Of a DNA stretch of 64,000 nt, positions 42,830 through 53,947 are shown piece after piece; position 1 is the first letter of the stretch, and each line of letters starts with the position of its first letter. The notes under the pieces are model-generated. The model saw nothing but the letters and a program-made list of their open reading frames with translations. It made no database searches and was not told the origin of the DNA. The stretch lies in the NCBI GenBank assembly GCA_964019335.1, contig OZ025709.1, forward strand, positions 186,001-250,000, in the 5' to 3' direction. The translations under genes were made by a program, and so were the position numbers. The stretch is from Diplonema japonicum (taxonomy: Eukaryota; Protista; Euglenozoa: Diplonemea).

Positions 42830-44236
42830 TCACTCTGTCGTCTTCATGAGCATTTCAACTTTCCCGTTGCTCCGGATGAGAACAGTGCCAGCACCGTTTC
42901 CATGGCCTTGGTAGTTGGATGATGAGAAGACGGTGATGACCTGGTTACTTTGCGATACACGGAGACCCGCTCGCTTCTCCTGGTGCGCCCGGATCATTAG
43001 AGAGAGCCCGTACGAAGAGAGAAACTGCTCCACGGCGACGGCGGAGAAAACAATTGAGGTCCCGCCCCGTTCAGAGGGCCCGAACCCATGATCGTCCAAT
43101 TCTGCCGCAGAGCCCCGTACAGGGTCTGACCACAGGAGGTCGTACGCAGCAAGCCATTGGTTAATGCCAGCTTCTGTTTGGGTGTATGGCTCAACATTCG
43201 CGAAGAGAGATGGGAACCTCGTGAACAAAGGATCTCTCAGGATCTGCATTCGATCCGCCTGGTCTTTATTAACCCGTGGGATTCCACCGTGTGCGCAAAA
43301 GACTTTCCCCCCAACGATCCCGCATAACGGAAGAACCGTGAATATTTTGCAGACCTCGTCGAAAACTTCAGCGCCTTCCGCGTGCCCGTACAACATCAAG
43401 CATTGCTTCTTGAAACTTCCCTCGCCGTAATGATTTGTGTCACCGCACACCGCCGGGTCCTCGTGGTTACCACGGAGTAGCACAACACCGCCAGGGGATA
43501 GAATCTTCAGGGAAACCAACAGCAAGAAACACTGTAAAGAATACGGCCCTCTATCAACATAATCCCCCAGGCACACCAACCTGTAAGGGCACAACGTGAC
43601 ATCGAACGGGATCAGCTCCGTGAGGAAATAGTTCAAATCCTTGAAGTTTCCGTGGATATCCCCGAAGATCCATGCGTCTGATTCGATATCTACGAGAACA
43701 GGTTCTTTTGAGAAAATTGCCACAGCAGCCGATGTGAGCTGACAGATTTCGCGTGGGCTAGGAGGGTGTTGGGTGAAACAGTTGTTTGTGGCGTCGAAAG
43801 AACTCTGTAGTAATTCGATGACATCCATCGCCAGTTCCTGCCCGGGGGACGGAGGAGGCATTCTGTTTCTCGGGTTTGGTAAAGAGTTAGGGGTCACTAT
43901 CGATTTGTGGATGAACATCTTCCCGTCGTCGTGGATCGTGTTTCTTTTTTCCGGTGTGCTTACATCCGCGATGGGTGCGCCGTTCGGCTTCAGCACTGGA
44001 GTGTCCGGGGCATCCTCGCTGTCTTGGCTCCCCGCCTCCGCGATTTTCTTGGCCACCTCTTCTATACCTACCACCGCCACCCCGCCTTCTCTCATTGCAC
44101 AATGCACCATTTTCCCGACCTCGTAAAACTTCCGTTTGCCGCTCCGTTTGCGTATCGCGGGATCGGCTGCGCTTTGCAGCGGGATGGGCGCTGCTATGGG
44201 GGAAGGTGGTGGGCAGTCCCCCCGGCGGGGTTTCAT
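42830..44236 (-). CDS. PPP-family serine/threonine protein phosphatase
   Basis: GDIHG, GDYVDRG, LRGNHE, HGG, DLLWSDP, IRAHQ, TVFSSSNY. Confidence 0.93.
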   Translation of the reverse strand: MKPRRGDCPPPSPIAAPIPLQSAADPAIRKRSGKRKFYEVGKMVHCAMREGGVAVVGIEEVAKKIAEAGSQDSEDAPDTPVLKPNGAPIADVSTPEKRNTIHDDGKMFIHKSIVTPNSLPNPRNRMPPPSPGQELAMDVIELLQSSFDATNNCFTQHPPSPREICQLTSAAVAIFSKEPVLVDIESDAWIFGDIHGNFKDLNYFLTELIPFDVTLCPYRLVCLGDYVDRGPYSLQCFLLLVSLKILSPGGVVLLRGNHEDPAVCGDTNHYGEGSFKKQCLMLYGHAEGAEVFDEVCKIFTVLPLCGIVGGKVFCAHGGIPRVNKDQADRMQILRDPLFTRFPSLFANVEPYTQTEAGINQWLAAYDLLWSDPVRGSAAELDDHGFGPSERGGTSIVFSAVAVEQFLSSYGLSLMIRAHQEKRAGLRVSQSNQVITVFSSSNYQGHGNGAGTVLIRSNGKVEMLMKTTE

Positions 44237-44265
44237 TTTTTTTTTTTTTTTTTCCCTGAGTTTTT

Positions 44266-44296
<31 letters not shown>

Positions 44297-44562
44297 CGTT
44301 GACACTTAACGCCATGAGGGGATTGTGACAGGGAATTTTGGCAAGGCGAGCGGCGACATTTTTTTTTGGAATGAAGAATTTTAGAATCCCTCGGCCTGAC
44401 AAATTCCCGGACGCTGGGAAAAACGGACATTTGCCACACCTTGTCATCTTACAGTATAATAGGAATAAAGAAAAAGGGCTAGGGAAGGCGGAAAGGGGGG
44501 GGGGGGGTTCTTTTTTCCACTTCTTTTTTTTTTTTTTTTTCTCCTTCCCCGATTCTCATTCT

Positions 44563-45897
44563 TTAACTATCCTCGGAACCTGATGTAGACTCCTCCTCAT
44601 CATTGTCGTCATCGTCCATATCCCCAACATCGACCTTCACAGTGTAGAAAGGGTTGTCATCATGCTGCATCTCAAAACTTTTCTCAACCTCAGTACCGCA
44701 GTCGCTGAGCTGGAGGTATTTCAGAGACGTGACGTGCGGAAGCGAATCCTCTAAAACAAGAAATCCCTGATGCCCAATAGGATTCCCACTGAGATCTATT
44801 TTAAGGAGTTTACAGCTAGGGTCGGTGATGGTAGAGGCGATGTCAAGACACCCTTTGGCGGTGATCAAATTACTGGAAATATCTATGCATCGAAGGGAAG
44901 AAGGAGCTTCGAGAATGCTTGCAAGAAGCACGCACAACCCATCGTCGCCGATTAAGTTTCCGGAGAGGTAGAGAGATGTGAGTCCTTGGCAGCCGACGAG
45001 GAGCTTTGAAAGTTGAACAGTTCCAGGGACGTTGAGTCTGTTGTCTTTTAAAGACAGTGATCGCAGGTTGTCCCCGAGTAAACATGTTGGTTCGACAGAA
45101 TCAAGCCCATGCGCTCCGTTTGCACCAAGGCCTAGATGTGTTATATGCGGTGAAAAGTGAAGCGCTGACAGAATTGTTCCGACGCCCTCGCCTGTCAATC
45201 TGTTGTGGTTCACGTCCAACATGCGAAGGGACGTCAGTCCTCGCATCACTTCTGTCAGGTACGGACAAGCCTCTGGCGTTAATCGGTTCCAATCCAGTGT
45301 TATCTGTGTTAAACATCTCGCGTTTATGAAACCTTGTGACAGCGGGATCAGATCGATGTCTGACATCCACATGTCCGACAGCGATGCAACGCGTAGCGAA
45401 GGCGATCGACAGAGTTCTGAAAGGCTTTCGAAAAATTGCAAGTTTGGTTGTGCTACGCTGCCGTCGAGTGTCAGAGTGTCGATTTCTATCGAGGGCTTTT
45501 TGGATATTGATGCGATGATCTTTTGGAGGTGTTCGGGGTTTGCCTTCGTGTGGGTGAGGTCCAAGGTGTCCAAGGAGTCCAATAACCCGTCCTCGATCCA
45601 TTTTGAGAAAACTGTGCAGTTTTCCTCGCTCATGTCGCATTCCGACATATCCACTGTCGTTACCTCTTCTAGTTCAGACTTGACGAGATTTTCCAATCCG
45701 TCGCCGGAGCACCCGGCTGCATCCAGCAGGTCGTCTTCTATTGTGGGCATCCGTTTCTTCACTTTTCTCTTCTTCCGGTTTTCCTCCAGCTTCCCGATCT
45801 TCTCTTGGAACACTTGGAACTGTTCGTCCAGCAACGTGTCCACAGATTTTCGCACTCGCCGATGGGGGGGGATGTAATTGCTGTCATATCCTGACAT
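44563..45897 (-). CDS. Leucine-rich repeat protein (ribonuclease-inhibitor-like)
   Basis: 28-residue LxxLxLxxNxIGxxG repeats; acidic tail. Confidence 0.88.
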   Translation of the reverse strand: MSGYDSNYIPPHRRVRKSVDTLLDEQFQVFQEKIGKLEENRKKRKVKKRMPTIEDDLLDAAGCSGDGLENLVKSELEEVTTVDMSECDMSEENCTVFSKWIEDGLLDSLDTLDLTHTKANPEHLQKIIASISKKPSIEIDTLTLDGSVAQPNLQFFESLSELCRSPSLRVASLSDMWMSDIDLIPLSQGFINARCLTQITLDWNRLTPEACPYLTEVMRGLTSLRMLDVNHNRLTGEGVGTILSALHFSPHITHLGLGANGAHGLDSVEPTCLLGDNLRSLSLKDNRLNVPGTVQLSKLLVGCQGLTSLYLSGNLIGDDGLCVLLASILEAPSSLRCIDISSNLITAKGCLDIASTITDPSCKLLKIDLSGNPIGHQGFLVLEDSLPHVTSLKYLQLSDCGTEVEKSFEMQHDDNPFYTVKVDVGDMDDDDNDEEESTSGSEDS

Positions 45898-46171
45898 TTT
45901 TTTTTTGTGCCCCTGCCTTTTTATGAGAATTTAAAGAAGAAAAAAGAATAGAGGGAAAAGAAAGCGGTTTTTTTTTTTTTAACAACGAGTGGTGGGGTGT
46001 GGTTTACAGGAAATGAACAATGAAAAAAAAAAAGAAAGAAAAAGAAACCATTTCTCTCTTCTTAATATTTGGCAAGTCGAACAAAAGAAGCAAAAAAAAA
46101 GGGGGGGGAGAGAAAAAAGAAACAAAGATTTAACAAGATAAAAAACCCCCTTTTTTTTGGTAAAAATAATT

Positions 46172-49100
46172 CTATTTCTCAGCGCATGTAAGACAGACCT
46201 TCCGCCTTGTTCTCCCGCTCCAACCCATGTCCACAAGAGGGACTTCGTGTTCGGTGCAAACCTTGCAGCAGATGTACCCGCACTTGGAGCAGTGTGGCTT
46301 GATTTGGGTCCGCGAGATGTCCTTTTCACAACAGTGGCAGTAGCGTGACTTGACACCTGTTGAAGGCTGCCAAACCTCCTGTTTGCAGGTAGTACAGCAC
46401 CATCTTGGAGGAGGGAACCCGTAGGAAACATTGCACTTCAAGCAGTTGGGAGGGTAAAAGTCGCAGTTTTGCTTCTTGCGGTATTTTTCCTGAGTGTCTG
46501 CGACCAGTTGTTCCCCGAGGTCCCAGACTTTTATCCCTCGTTTAGCGTGGTGGTAGAATTTCTGGTCCGAACCCAAAACAGGTTTCAGCTTCCACTTCCC
46601 CTTCTCCATGGCCGTCTGTATAAGGGACGATACGTTGAGCTTCATAACCCGGTTCTCAGCCTTCCTCAACCTCTTTTTTTCGTCCTCCTCGATTCTCTGC
46701 AGATCCCTCGCGATAATCGACTCCAAGGCGGCTTTGAACACAGGGTTCAGAACAGGTAATTTCGCGGCTTCAGGGTATCCGGTTGCCTTTCTGGTCAGCT
46801 TTGAAATTTCATGCTCAACATGCCAGGTTGATTGTTTCAAGGCTTTGTTCACGTAATACCCTTTTGTGTGTTTTTTCCATTCTTTTAGATGGGCCAGTTT
46901 CTGCGAGATGGTCAGCTCTCCCTTGGCGATCTCCTTTGCGGGATCCCTCACTTTCTTCCCGGTGCGAATGTGGACAAAACCGTTTGCAATTTCCCTCCAT
47001 TCCTTCAGCTTCTCAACTATTTTGTCATTAACTACCAAGACCCCACATGACTCCAGGTCACAACAAGCACACTCTGCAAGATTCTCTTCATTATACCTCT
47101 TAAGCAGCGCGTCTCTGCTGATCTTGCCGTGGTTCTTCGGTAGGGCTACCGACGGTGTTGGTGCGATTATGTCCGGCGATGAAATGAAGCCCAAAGCCGA
47201 ACCCGAACCGAGGCTTTTGACAAAATCAAGATGATCTGTTTTGGAAGGGCTTTGGATGAACTCCAGGGCGGTGCTGCTTTCCGCTTTTAAAGATGCGATG
47301 TACTTCAGGCATTCCAGGTTGCCTTGCACACCACCCAACTTCATGACTTGGACGATCTTCGTTTTTTGCGTTTCATCGGAGTCCTGGGGCGTGTGGAGTT
47401 CGTTTTCGATGCAAAGACGAGTGACTTCCGCTTGTTCGTCAAGGGCTTGCTTTAGTGCGATGTATTTTGAAACGTCTTCGCTGGTCTCAAGGCGAGTCTC
47501 GAAGGCGGCTAGGCATTCGTTCTGGGCAGCGTGGGTCAGGGACACTGCCTGCGACACTGTTGCCGGGCTGGCGCCTGCTGTGAGCTGCTCGACCATGGCT
47601 GTTCTTTTACCGTCTTTCGAGTCCTGCAGCTCCATTTCTTCTGCGATGTGCTTCATCACATCTTCTTTACGCACCCCCGCCGCCCACTCCTTCTCTCCGA
47701 TGAAGTCCAACGCGCTCACGCCGTCCCCAAGCTCCTTCACATACTCCAAATACACCATCCCTTCGTCACCTGCAACAAACGACAGCGCCGAGGCCCCTTC
47801 CTTCATGCCCCTCACGTGGTCGAGGTGCTCTTGGCTAGCAGTTCTATTTTCGTTGTCACCTGCAACAAATGCAAGCGCCGATTTACCGCTCTTCAAGCCC
47901 TTGAGAAAATCCAAGTAAGCCTGTGCTGGAGTTTCATTCTCTGCGGCCTTGGGAAGGATAGCAGGTTCTTCCTTCTCTTCTGTAAATTCATCTTTGTCAT
48001 CCGTCGCGCTCGCGCTCAGTGTTCCCCCGACTTCAATCTGCGCTTCTTGAACAAGGATGGGCTTCGGTTCAGAGATGTCAACGTCCTCGCCAAGCAAGTG
48101 CCTCAGACCCTTGTTGTCACCTTCCTTTGACACAGCCTCAAGGTATGCTGTTGCTGACACATTCTCTTCAACCTGTGCAGTTGGCACCTCGGGCTTAGCT
48201 TCCTCTACAACATTTTGCTCAGGAACGGCAGGTGTAGGTGGCTGTGGAATGTCCCTCGCAGGAACGGCAGGAACAGCTATGGACACCGGTTCAGAGATGT
48301 CGGTGTCTTCTCCAAGCAGATGTCTCAAACCCTTGTTGTCACCTTCCTTCGCTACGGCCTCAAGGTACTCCGTGGGCGATACATGTTGCATCTCAAGCTC
48401 AGAGATGTCGACGTCCTCACCAAGCAAGTGTCGCAGCGCCCTGCCGTCGCTCTCCTTTGCCATTGCCTCAAGGTATGCTGTTGAGGGCTCGTGGTGTACC
48501 GCCGAACGCAGGGGAACTTCGGATTGCATAAAAGCCGCTTCTTTGACTTCATCGCCTGCGACAAACGTAAGAGCCGACTCCCCTTCCTTCATGTCCTTCA
48601 CGTGGTCGAGGTGCGCCTGGTCTTGTTCAAGCGGTTTGTCGTCTTGAACAGGCACTTGAATAACCTTCTCAACAACTTCTTTCTGGTCAATAAGAACAGG
48701 TTTCGGTTCAGAGATGTCGATGTCCTCGCCAAGAAGATGCTTCAGACCCTTGTTGTCACCTTCCTTTGACACAGCCTCAAGGTATGCTGTTGTTGATTCT
48801 TCACGCACCTCCTCCTTGATGGGTAGAACAGCTTCTTCTTCAGCTTTTTCTTCGACAGGGAGGGCTACTAATTCCGGTTCAGGGGCTTTTGCCTCAGCAG
48901 GGACCTTTACAGCAGCAGCAACTGGAACAGGAACATCGTCGCCCGCAATGAATGTCAGAGCAGTCTTGCCTTCTTTAGTACTCTTCAGGAAGTCCAAGTA
49001 TGTGTGTCCTTGTTCTTCGGGTACAACAGGTGTCTCCTTCTCCACCACAAGAGCCTCCGTCTTTACATCCTTGGGAAGAACGGCAGGTACTTCCTCCTCT

Positions 49101-52100
49101 TTCAGAACAGGTTTCGGTTCAGAGATGTCGATGTCCTCGCCAAGAAGATGCCTCAGACCCTTGTTGTCACCTTCCTTTGACACAGCCTCAAGGTATGCTG
49201 TTGTTGATTCTTCACGCACCTCCTCCTTGATGGGTAGAACAGCTTTTTCTTCGACAGGGAGGGCTACTAATTCCGGTTCAGGGGCTTTTGCCTCAGCAGG
49301 GGCCTTTACAGCAGCAGCAACTGGAACAGGAACATCGTCGCCCGCAATGAATGTCAGAGCAGTCTTGCCTTCTTTAGTACTCTTCAGGAAGTCCAAGTAT
49401 GTGTGTCCTTGTTCTTCGGGTACAACAGGTGTCTCCTTCTCCACCACAAGAGCCTCCGTCTTTACATCCTTGGGAAGAACGGCAGGTACTTCCTCCTCTT
49501 TCAGAACAGGTTTAGGTTCAGAGATGTCGATGTCCTCATCAAGCAGATGCCTCAGACCCTTGTTGTCACCTTCTTTTGACACAGCCTCAAGGTATGCTGT
49601 TGTTGACTCCTCAACAGCCTGTTCCCCTTTTACGGTTTGATCCACAATCTGGGCTGTGGGAATATCTTTTGCCGTCTCAGCAATTGATGCCTTCACAGCA
49701 ACAGGAACATCGGCGCTTGCAACGAATGTGAGTGCAGACCTACCCTCCTTAGTGCTCTTCAGGAAGTCCAAGTAAGCAAGTCCCTGTTCTGTTGTAGGCA
49801 CGACGGGTGCTGTTTCTTTCTCTCCGACAACCTCAGGAACAATAACAGGTACTTCCTTTTCTTTTGTAGACTCGGGAATCGGTTGAGAGATATCAGTGTC
49901 TTCACCAATGAGGTTTCTCAAACCCTTGTTATCACCCTCTTTCGCCATGGCCTCAAGGTGCTCTGTGCTCGATGCCTTCGGTGCGGCAGACATCTTCTCG
50001 TGAACGACAGGAACGGAAATAGGTTTTGGTTCAGAGATGTCAACGTCCTCGCCAAGCAAGTGTCTCAGACCCTTGTTGTCACCTTCCTTTGACACAGCCT
50101 CAAGGTATGCTGTTGCTGACTCCAAGTATTCTTCTTCTTGTGGAAGGGGTTCACCCAAAAGGAAAGAGAGTGATGTGGTGTACGGCTTCAAGCTTTCGAC
50201 ATGGCCAAGCCAAGGGAGGGATGAGAGGGCGCTCTCGCATTCGAAGTCAAGGGTTTCTTTACTATCGCGCAGAATGTTTTTAATCGTAAGAGTCTTCTCT
50301 TCAATGGTGGTGGTTGCTTTGGACAGCTCTTCCCGAATGCTTTCTCTGGCGATGTCTTCCTGTTGTTTGACTAGGTTCTGCAGTGAAGTTAGAACGGATG
50401 GTGCAACACCAAGTCTCTCCCGCTCTTCATCATGCAGGAGAGTAGCGATGCAGGCTCTATGCATGGTTGTGGTGAGTTCCTGTGCTTCCCTTTCAAAGCG
50501 CTCCTGATCAATGCCTTGCTCGAGAGAGGCGAGAAGCTCGCGTCTAGCCGCAGACTCTTCCCTGAGCAGCTCCTGGATGACCGCCTTCTCCTTCTCTGTG
50601 GTGCAGATGCGCCCTTCACTGATGAACTTCAATGCGTCGCCGCCGCCAATGCAGCGGACGTACTCCAACCACTTATCTTTTTTTTCGCTGTCCGTTCCCT
50701 TGCTTCCGAGTAGGAACTCCAATGCGCTCCTCCCGCTCCTGATCTTTGCAACGTACTCCAGGTAGCTCCCGCTATCCTCCTTCGCGAAAGCAACATCGCC
50801 CTGGTTCTTTTCGAGCTTTGCTTCCGTCACCTTGGTGTCTTTTTCAGGAACGGCAACAGGCTTCGGTTCAGAGATGTCGACATCTTCGCCAAGCAGATGC
50901 CTCAGACCCTTGTTGTCACCTTCCTTCGCCATGGCTTCAAGGTATGCTGTTGCCGAATCCTGCACAATTGGCTCGCGTCTTGCTTCTTCCGCAACCTTTG
51001 GTTCAGAGATGTTGACGTCCTCATCAAGCAAGTGCCTCAGGCCCTTGGTAGCTGTTGCTGTCTCTCCTGTTGGCTCTCCGGAAATAGCAGGCACTTCCTT
51101 CTCGATAGATAGAACAGGCTGAGCTGCTAGTTCTTTCTTAGGTACTTGTGCTTCAGTAGGGACCTTCGCAGCAACAGGAACATCGTCGCCCGCAATGAAT
51201 GTCAGAGCAGTCTTGCCTTCTTTAGTACTCTTCAGGAAGTCCAAGTATGCGTGTCCTTGTTTCTCGGATGGAGGCTTAGGCAGGGCCTCCTCGGGCGCAA
51301 CAGGTGTCTCCTTCTGCAGCACAGGAGCCTCCGTCGCAACCTTGGGAAGGACGGCAGGTACTTCTTTCTCGTTCATAACAGGTTCAGAGATGTCGATGTT
51401 CTCGCCAAGAAGATGCCTCAGACCCTTGTTGTCACCTTCCTTTGCCATTGCCTCAAGGTATGCTGTTGTTGGCTCTTTGGAAATGTGCTTCCCGAAAGGC
51501 TGCACTGCCTCAGGAACTTCTCTCACGGAGATAGGGACATCATCGCCAACAATGAAGGTAAGCGCAGACCTACCCTCCTTCAAACTCTTCACGTGATCAA
51601 GGTGTGAAAGGCCTTCCGGTGCAATTGGCTTAGGCATCTCTGACTCGTTGACAAATGGAGCGGGTGGCTTCGGGGTGTCTTTCATAGGAAAGACAGGAAC
51701 GGCAGGCTTCGGTTCAGAGATGTCGATGTCTTCGCCAAGCAAGTGCCTCAAGCCCTTGTTGTCACCTTCCTTTGACACAGCCTCAAGGTATGCCGTTGCT
51801 GATTCTTCCGGTTGGACTGTTTTTTTTTCAACAGGCTGAGTGATGGCAAACTCCGCTTCAGGTGCCTTCACAGCCACAGGGACATCGTCGCTTGCAATGA
51901 ATGATAGAGCCGACCTACCCTCCTTAGTGCTCTTCAGGAAGTCCAAGTAAGCAAGTCCCTGTTCTGCTGTAGGCAGGACGGGTGTTGTTTCTTTCTCTCT
52001 GACAATCTCAGGAACAACGGCAGGCATTTCCTTCTCAGATGGGGTTGCAGTCTCCTTCTCCACCACAGGTGTTTCCTTTTCAACAACCTTGGGAAGGATG

Positions 52101-53947
52101 GCAGGTACTTCCTTCTCAGATGGAGGTGCATCCTTCTCTACCACAGGAGCTTCCGTTTCAGCAACCTTGGGAAGGACAGGTTTCGGTTCAGAGATATCAA
52201 CATCCTCGCCAAGTAGATGCCTCAGACCCTTGTTGTCACCTTCCTTTGACACAGCCTCAAGGTATGCTGTTGTTGATTCTTCACGCACCTCCTCCTTGAT
52301 GGGTAGTTCAGCTTCTTCTTCGACAGGGAGGGCTACTAATTCCGATTCAGGGGCTTTTGCCTCAGCAGGGGCCTTTACAGCAGCAGCAACTGGAACAGGA
52401 ACATCGTCGCCCGCAATGAATGCCAGAGCAGTCTTGCCTTCTTTAGTACTCTTCAGGAATTCCAAGTATGCGTGTCCTTGTTCTTCGGGTACAACAGGTG
52501 TCTCCTTCTCCACCACAAGAGCCTCCGTCTTTACATCCTTGGGAAGAACGGCAGGTACTTCCTCCTCTTTCAGAACAGGTTTAGGTTCAGAGATGTCGAT
52601 GTCCTCGCCAAGAAGATGCCTCAGACCCTTGTTGTCACCTTCCTTTGACACAGCTTCAAGGTAAGCTGTGCCTTCCTCGATCCTTACTTCTTTTTCGGCA
52701 GCTTGAACAGCTGGCAGGTCGCTGATCTCCTCCGCTGGTGCGGGTGCGGCCCTCTCAAAAACAGGAACATCGTCGCCTGCGACGAATGTGAGTGCAGACC
52801 TGCCCTCTTTGAGGCTTTTTAGGTAGTTCAGGTGGGCCAAGGTCTCAGGAGGTGATACAACCTTCGGTTCCTCTGGTTCTTGCATGGCATCCTCAATCAC
52901 CTGTGGGATGTCTTTCGGGGTGACGGGAACAGCAACAACAGGCTTCGGTTCCGAGATGTCATCCTTATTGCCACCTTCCTCCGCCGTCGCCTCAATGATA
53001 GCTGCTGTCGGCTCCTCGGGAACCACCTTCTTCTCAACAGGCTGTGTCACAGGCTCTGCTTTGGGGACCTCCTTAACTGCAACATCATCGCCCGCGATGA
53101 AAGTTAACGCAGACTTGCCCTCCTTTAAACTCTTCACGTGAGCAAGATGCGCAAGGTCAGCATCTGTTTCTGTGGGCTGTTTGGGTACTGTTTCATCCGT
53201 GGCAGGTGCGGGTTGTGGGGTATCTATAATTACAGGCGGTTCTTCGGGCTTCTTTGCTTTCTCGATGGTGTCTTTTACAACGGCTGGTTCATCGGGCTTT
53301 TCATCCACGATCACTCTTTCTTTCGGTGTTTCTTCTTTTACTTCTTCGGTGACAGGGGGGGGCACAGGAACGGGAGATACAGGAAGGTCGAGAAGAGTGT
53401 CCCAAAAACGAGGGACAGCGTCGTCTAATGAGGCACGGAGAGAGGATAGGGCGGCGGGCAGAGTGAGATGGCCTGATTGGTGGCGCTGTATGGTGTCTTC
53501 GAGGTGTTTGGAGAACCACGACGTGATGACGGGTGGGTGGGTCTTGGACTTGATCCAAGAAGATACTTTGCCTGAAACATCTTCGAGGGTTACCAACCTC
53601 GCGCGGGCTTTATCTTTCTTGTATGTGGGCGAAAGAGACAGAGGGGTTCCATCCATATCTAAGTCCATTCTGGACAACGTACCCAAACCATACGTCTTGC
53701 GCCTGAACACGATCTTCGCGCCGTTCTTCACGCCAATCTCTCCCAGCGTCTTGTTCAGTTGCAACGGTACGAAAACACCGCTTTTGTTCACACGCCCAGC
53801 CTCGACTGCAGGGTAGCCCACGTGGCCTATTTTACTCAACACTGTCTTGATCACATCCTCAGCCGTCTCGTCCCTGCCTACCCCTATCACGCGCTCCTTT
53901 TCGATTAAGTTGTCGCCAGGGTGCGACCCTACTATTTTTATCAACAT
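46172..53947 (-). CDS. 2591-aa repeat protein: ubiquitin-like N-terminus, about 30 helical repeats of two types in P/E/V/K/A-rich linkers, WW-like motifs, C-terminal FYVE-like finger
   Basis: Uninterrupted ORF. LQLNKTLGEIGVKNGAKIVF (Ubl-like); repeats YLEAVSKEGDNKGLRHLLGEDxDISEP and YLDFLKSTKEGKTALTFIAGDD; KPHCSKCGYICCKVC..RKVCLTC. Confidence 0.88.
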   Translation of the reverse strand: MLIKIVGSHPGDNLIEKERVIGVGRDETAEDVIKTVLSKIGHVGYPAVEAGRVNKSGVFVPLQLNKTLGEIGVKNGAKIVFRRKTYGLGTLSRMDLDMDGTPLSLSPTYKKDKARARLVTLEDVSGKVSSWIKSKTHPPVITSWFSKHLEDTIQRHQSGHLTLPAALSSLRASLDDAVPRFWDTLLDLPVSPVPVPPPVTEEVKEETPKERVIVDEKPDEPAVVKDTIEKAKKPEEPPVIIDTPQPAPATDETVPKQPTETDADLAHLAHVKSLKEGKSALTFIAGDDVAVKEVPKAEPVTQPVEKKVVPEEPTAAIIEATAEEGGNKDDISEPKPVVAVPVTPKDIPQVIEDAMQEPEEPKVVSPPETLAHLNYLKSLKEGRSALTFVAGDDVPVFERAAPAPAEEISDLPAVQAAEKEVRIEEGTAYLEAVSKEGDNKGLRHLLGEDIDISEPKPVLKEEEVPAVLPKDVKTEALVVEKETPVVPEEQGHAYLEFLKSTKEGKTALAFIAGDDVPVPVAAAVKAPAEAKAPESELVALPVEEEAELPIKEEVREESTTAYLEAVSKEGDNKGLRHLLGEDVDISEPKPVLPKVAETEAPVVEKDAPPSEKEVPAILPKVVEKETPVVEKETATPSEKEMPAVVPEIVREKETTPVLPTAEQGLAYLDFLKSTKEGRSALSFIASDDVPVAVKAPEAEFAITQPVEKKTVQPEESATAYLEAVSKEGDNKGLRHLLGEDIDISEPKPAVPVFPMKDTPKPPAPFVNESEMPKPIAPEGLSHLDHVKSLKEGRSALTFIVGDDVPISVREVPEAVQPFGKHISKEPTTAYLEAMAKEGDNKGLRHLLGENIDISEPVMNEKEVPAVLPKVATEAPVLQKETPVAPEEALPKPPSEKQGHAYLDFLKSTKEGKTALTFIAGDDVPVAAKVPTEAQVPKKELAAQPVLSIEKEVPAISGEPTGETATATKGLRHLLDEDVNISEPKVAEEARREPIVQDSATAYLEAMAKEGDNKGLRHLLGEDVDISEPKPVAVPEKDTKVTEAKLEKNQGDVAFAKEDSGSYLEYVAKIRSGRSALEFLLGSKGTDSEKKDKWLEYVRCIGGGDALKFISEGRICTTEKEKAVIQELLREESAARRELLASLEQGIDQERFEREAQELTTTMHRACIATLLHDEERERLGVAPSVLTSLQNLVKQQEDIARESIREELSKATTTIEEKTLTIKNILRDSKETLDFECESALSSLPWLGHVESLKPYTTSLSFLLGEPLPQEEEYLESATAYLEAVSKEGDNKGLRHLLGEDVDISEPKPISVPVVHEKMSAAPKASSTEHLEAMAKEGDNKGLRNLIGEDTDISQPIPESTKEKEVPVIVPEVVGEKETAPVVPTTEQGLAYLDFLKSTKEGRSALTFVASADVPVAVKASIAETAKDIPTAQIVDQTVKGEQAVEESTTAYLEAVSKEGDNKGLRHLLDEDIDISEPKPVLKEEEVPAVLPKDVKTEALVVEKETPVVPEEQGHTYLDFLKSTKEGKTALTFIAGDDVPVPVAAAVKAPAEAKAPEPELVALPVEEKAVLPIKEEVREESTTAYLEAVSKEGDNKGLRHLLGEDIDISEPKPVLKEEEVPAVLPKDVKTEALVVEKETPVVPEEQGHTYLDFLKSTKEGKTALTFIAGDDVPVPVAAAVKVPAEAKAPEPELVALPVEEKAEEEAVLPIKEEVREESTTAYLEAVSKEGDNKGLKHLLGEDIDISEPKPVLIDQKEVVEKVIQVPVQDDKPLEQDQAHLDHVKDMKEGESALTFVAGDEVKEAAFMQSEVPLRSAVHHEPSTAYLEAMAKESDGRALRHLLGEDVDISELEMQHVSPTEYLEAVAKEGDNKGLRHLLGEDTDISEPVSIAVPAVPARDIPQPPTPAVPEQNVVEEAKPEVPTAQVEENVSATAYLEAVSKEGDNKGLRHLLGEDVDISEPKPILVQEAQIEVGGTLSASATDDKDEFTEEKEEPAILPKAAENETPAQAYLDFLKGLKSGKSALAFVAGDNENRTASQEHLDHVRGMKEGASALSFVAGDEGMVYLEYVKELGDGVSALDFIGEKEWAAGVRKEDVMKHIAEEMELQDSKDGKRTAMVEQLTAGASPATVSQAVSLTHAAQNECLAAFETRLETSEDVSKYIALKQALDEQAEVTRLCIENELHTPQDSDETQKTKIVQVMKLGGVQGNLECLKYIASLKAESSTALEFIQSPSKTDHLDFVKSLGSGSALGFISSPDIIAPTPSVALPKNHGKISRDALLKRYNEENLAECACCDLESCGVLVVNDKIVEKLKEWREIANGFVHIRTGKKVRDPAKEIAKGELTISQKLAHLKEWKKHTKGYYVNKALKQSTWHVEHEISKLTRKATGYPEAAKLPVLNPVFKAALESIIARDLQRIEEDEKKRLRKAENRVMKLNVSSLIQTAMEKGKWKLKPVLGSDQKFYHHAKRGIKVWDLGEQLVADTQEKYRKKQNCDFYPPNCLKCNVSYGFPPPRWCCTTCKQEVWQPSTGVKSRYCHCCEKDISRTQIKPHCSKCGYICCKVCTEHEVPLVDMGWSGRTRRKVCLTCAEK

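Noticed and set aside
1772-53816. Long plus-strand ORFs antisense to genes (e.g. 1772-2560, 9687-10547, 28634-29602, 48714-49640)
   Set aside because: Shadows of GC-rich or repetitive minus-strand CDSs.
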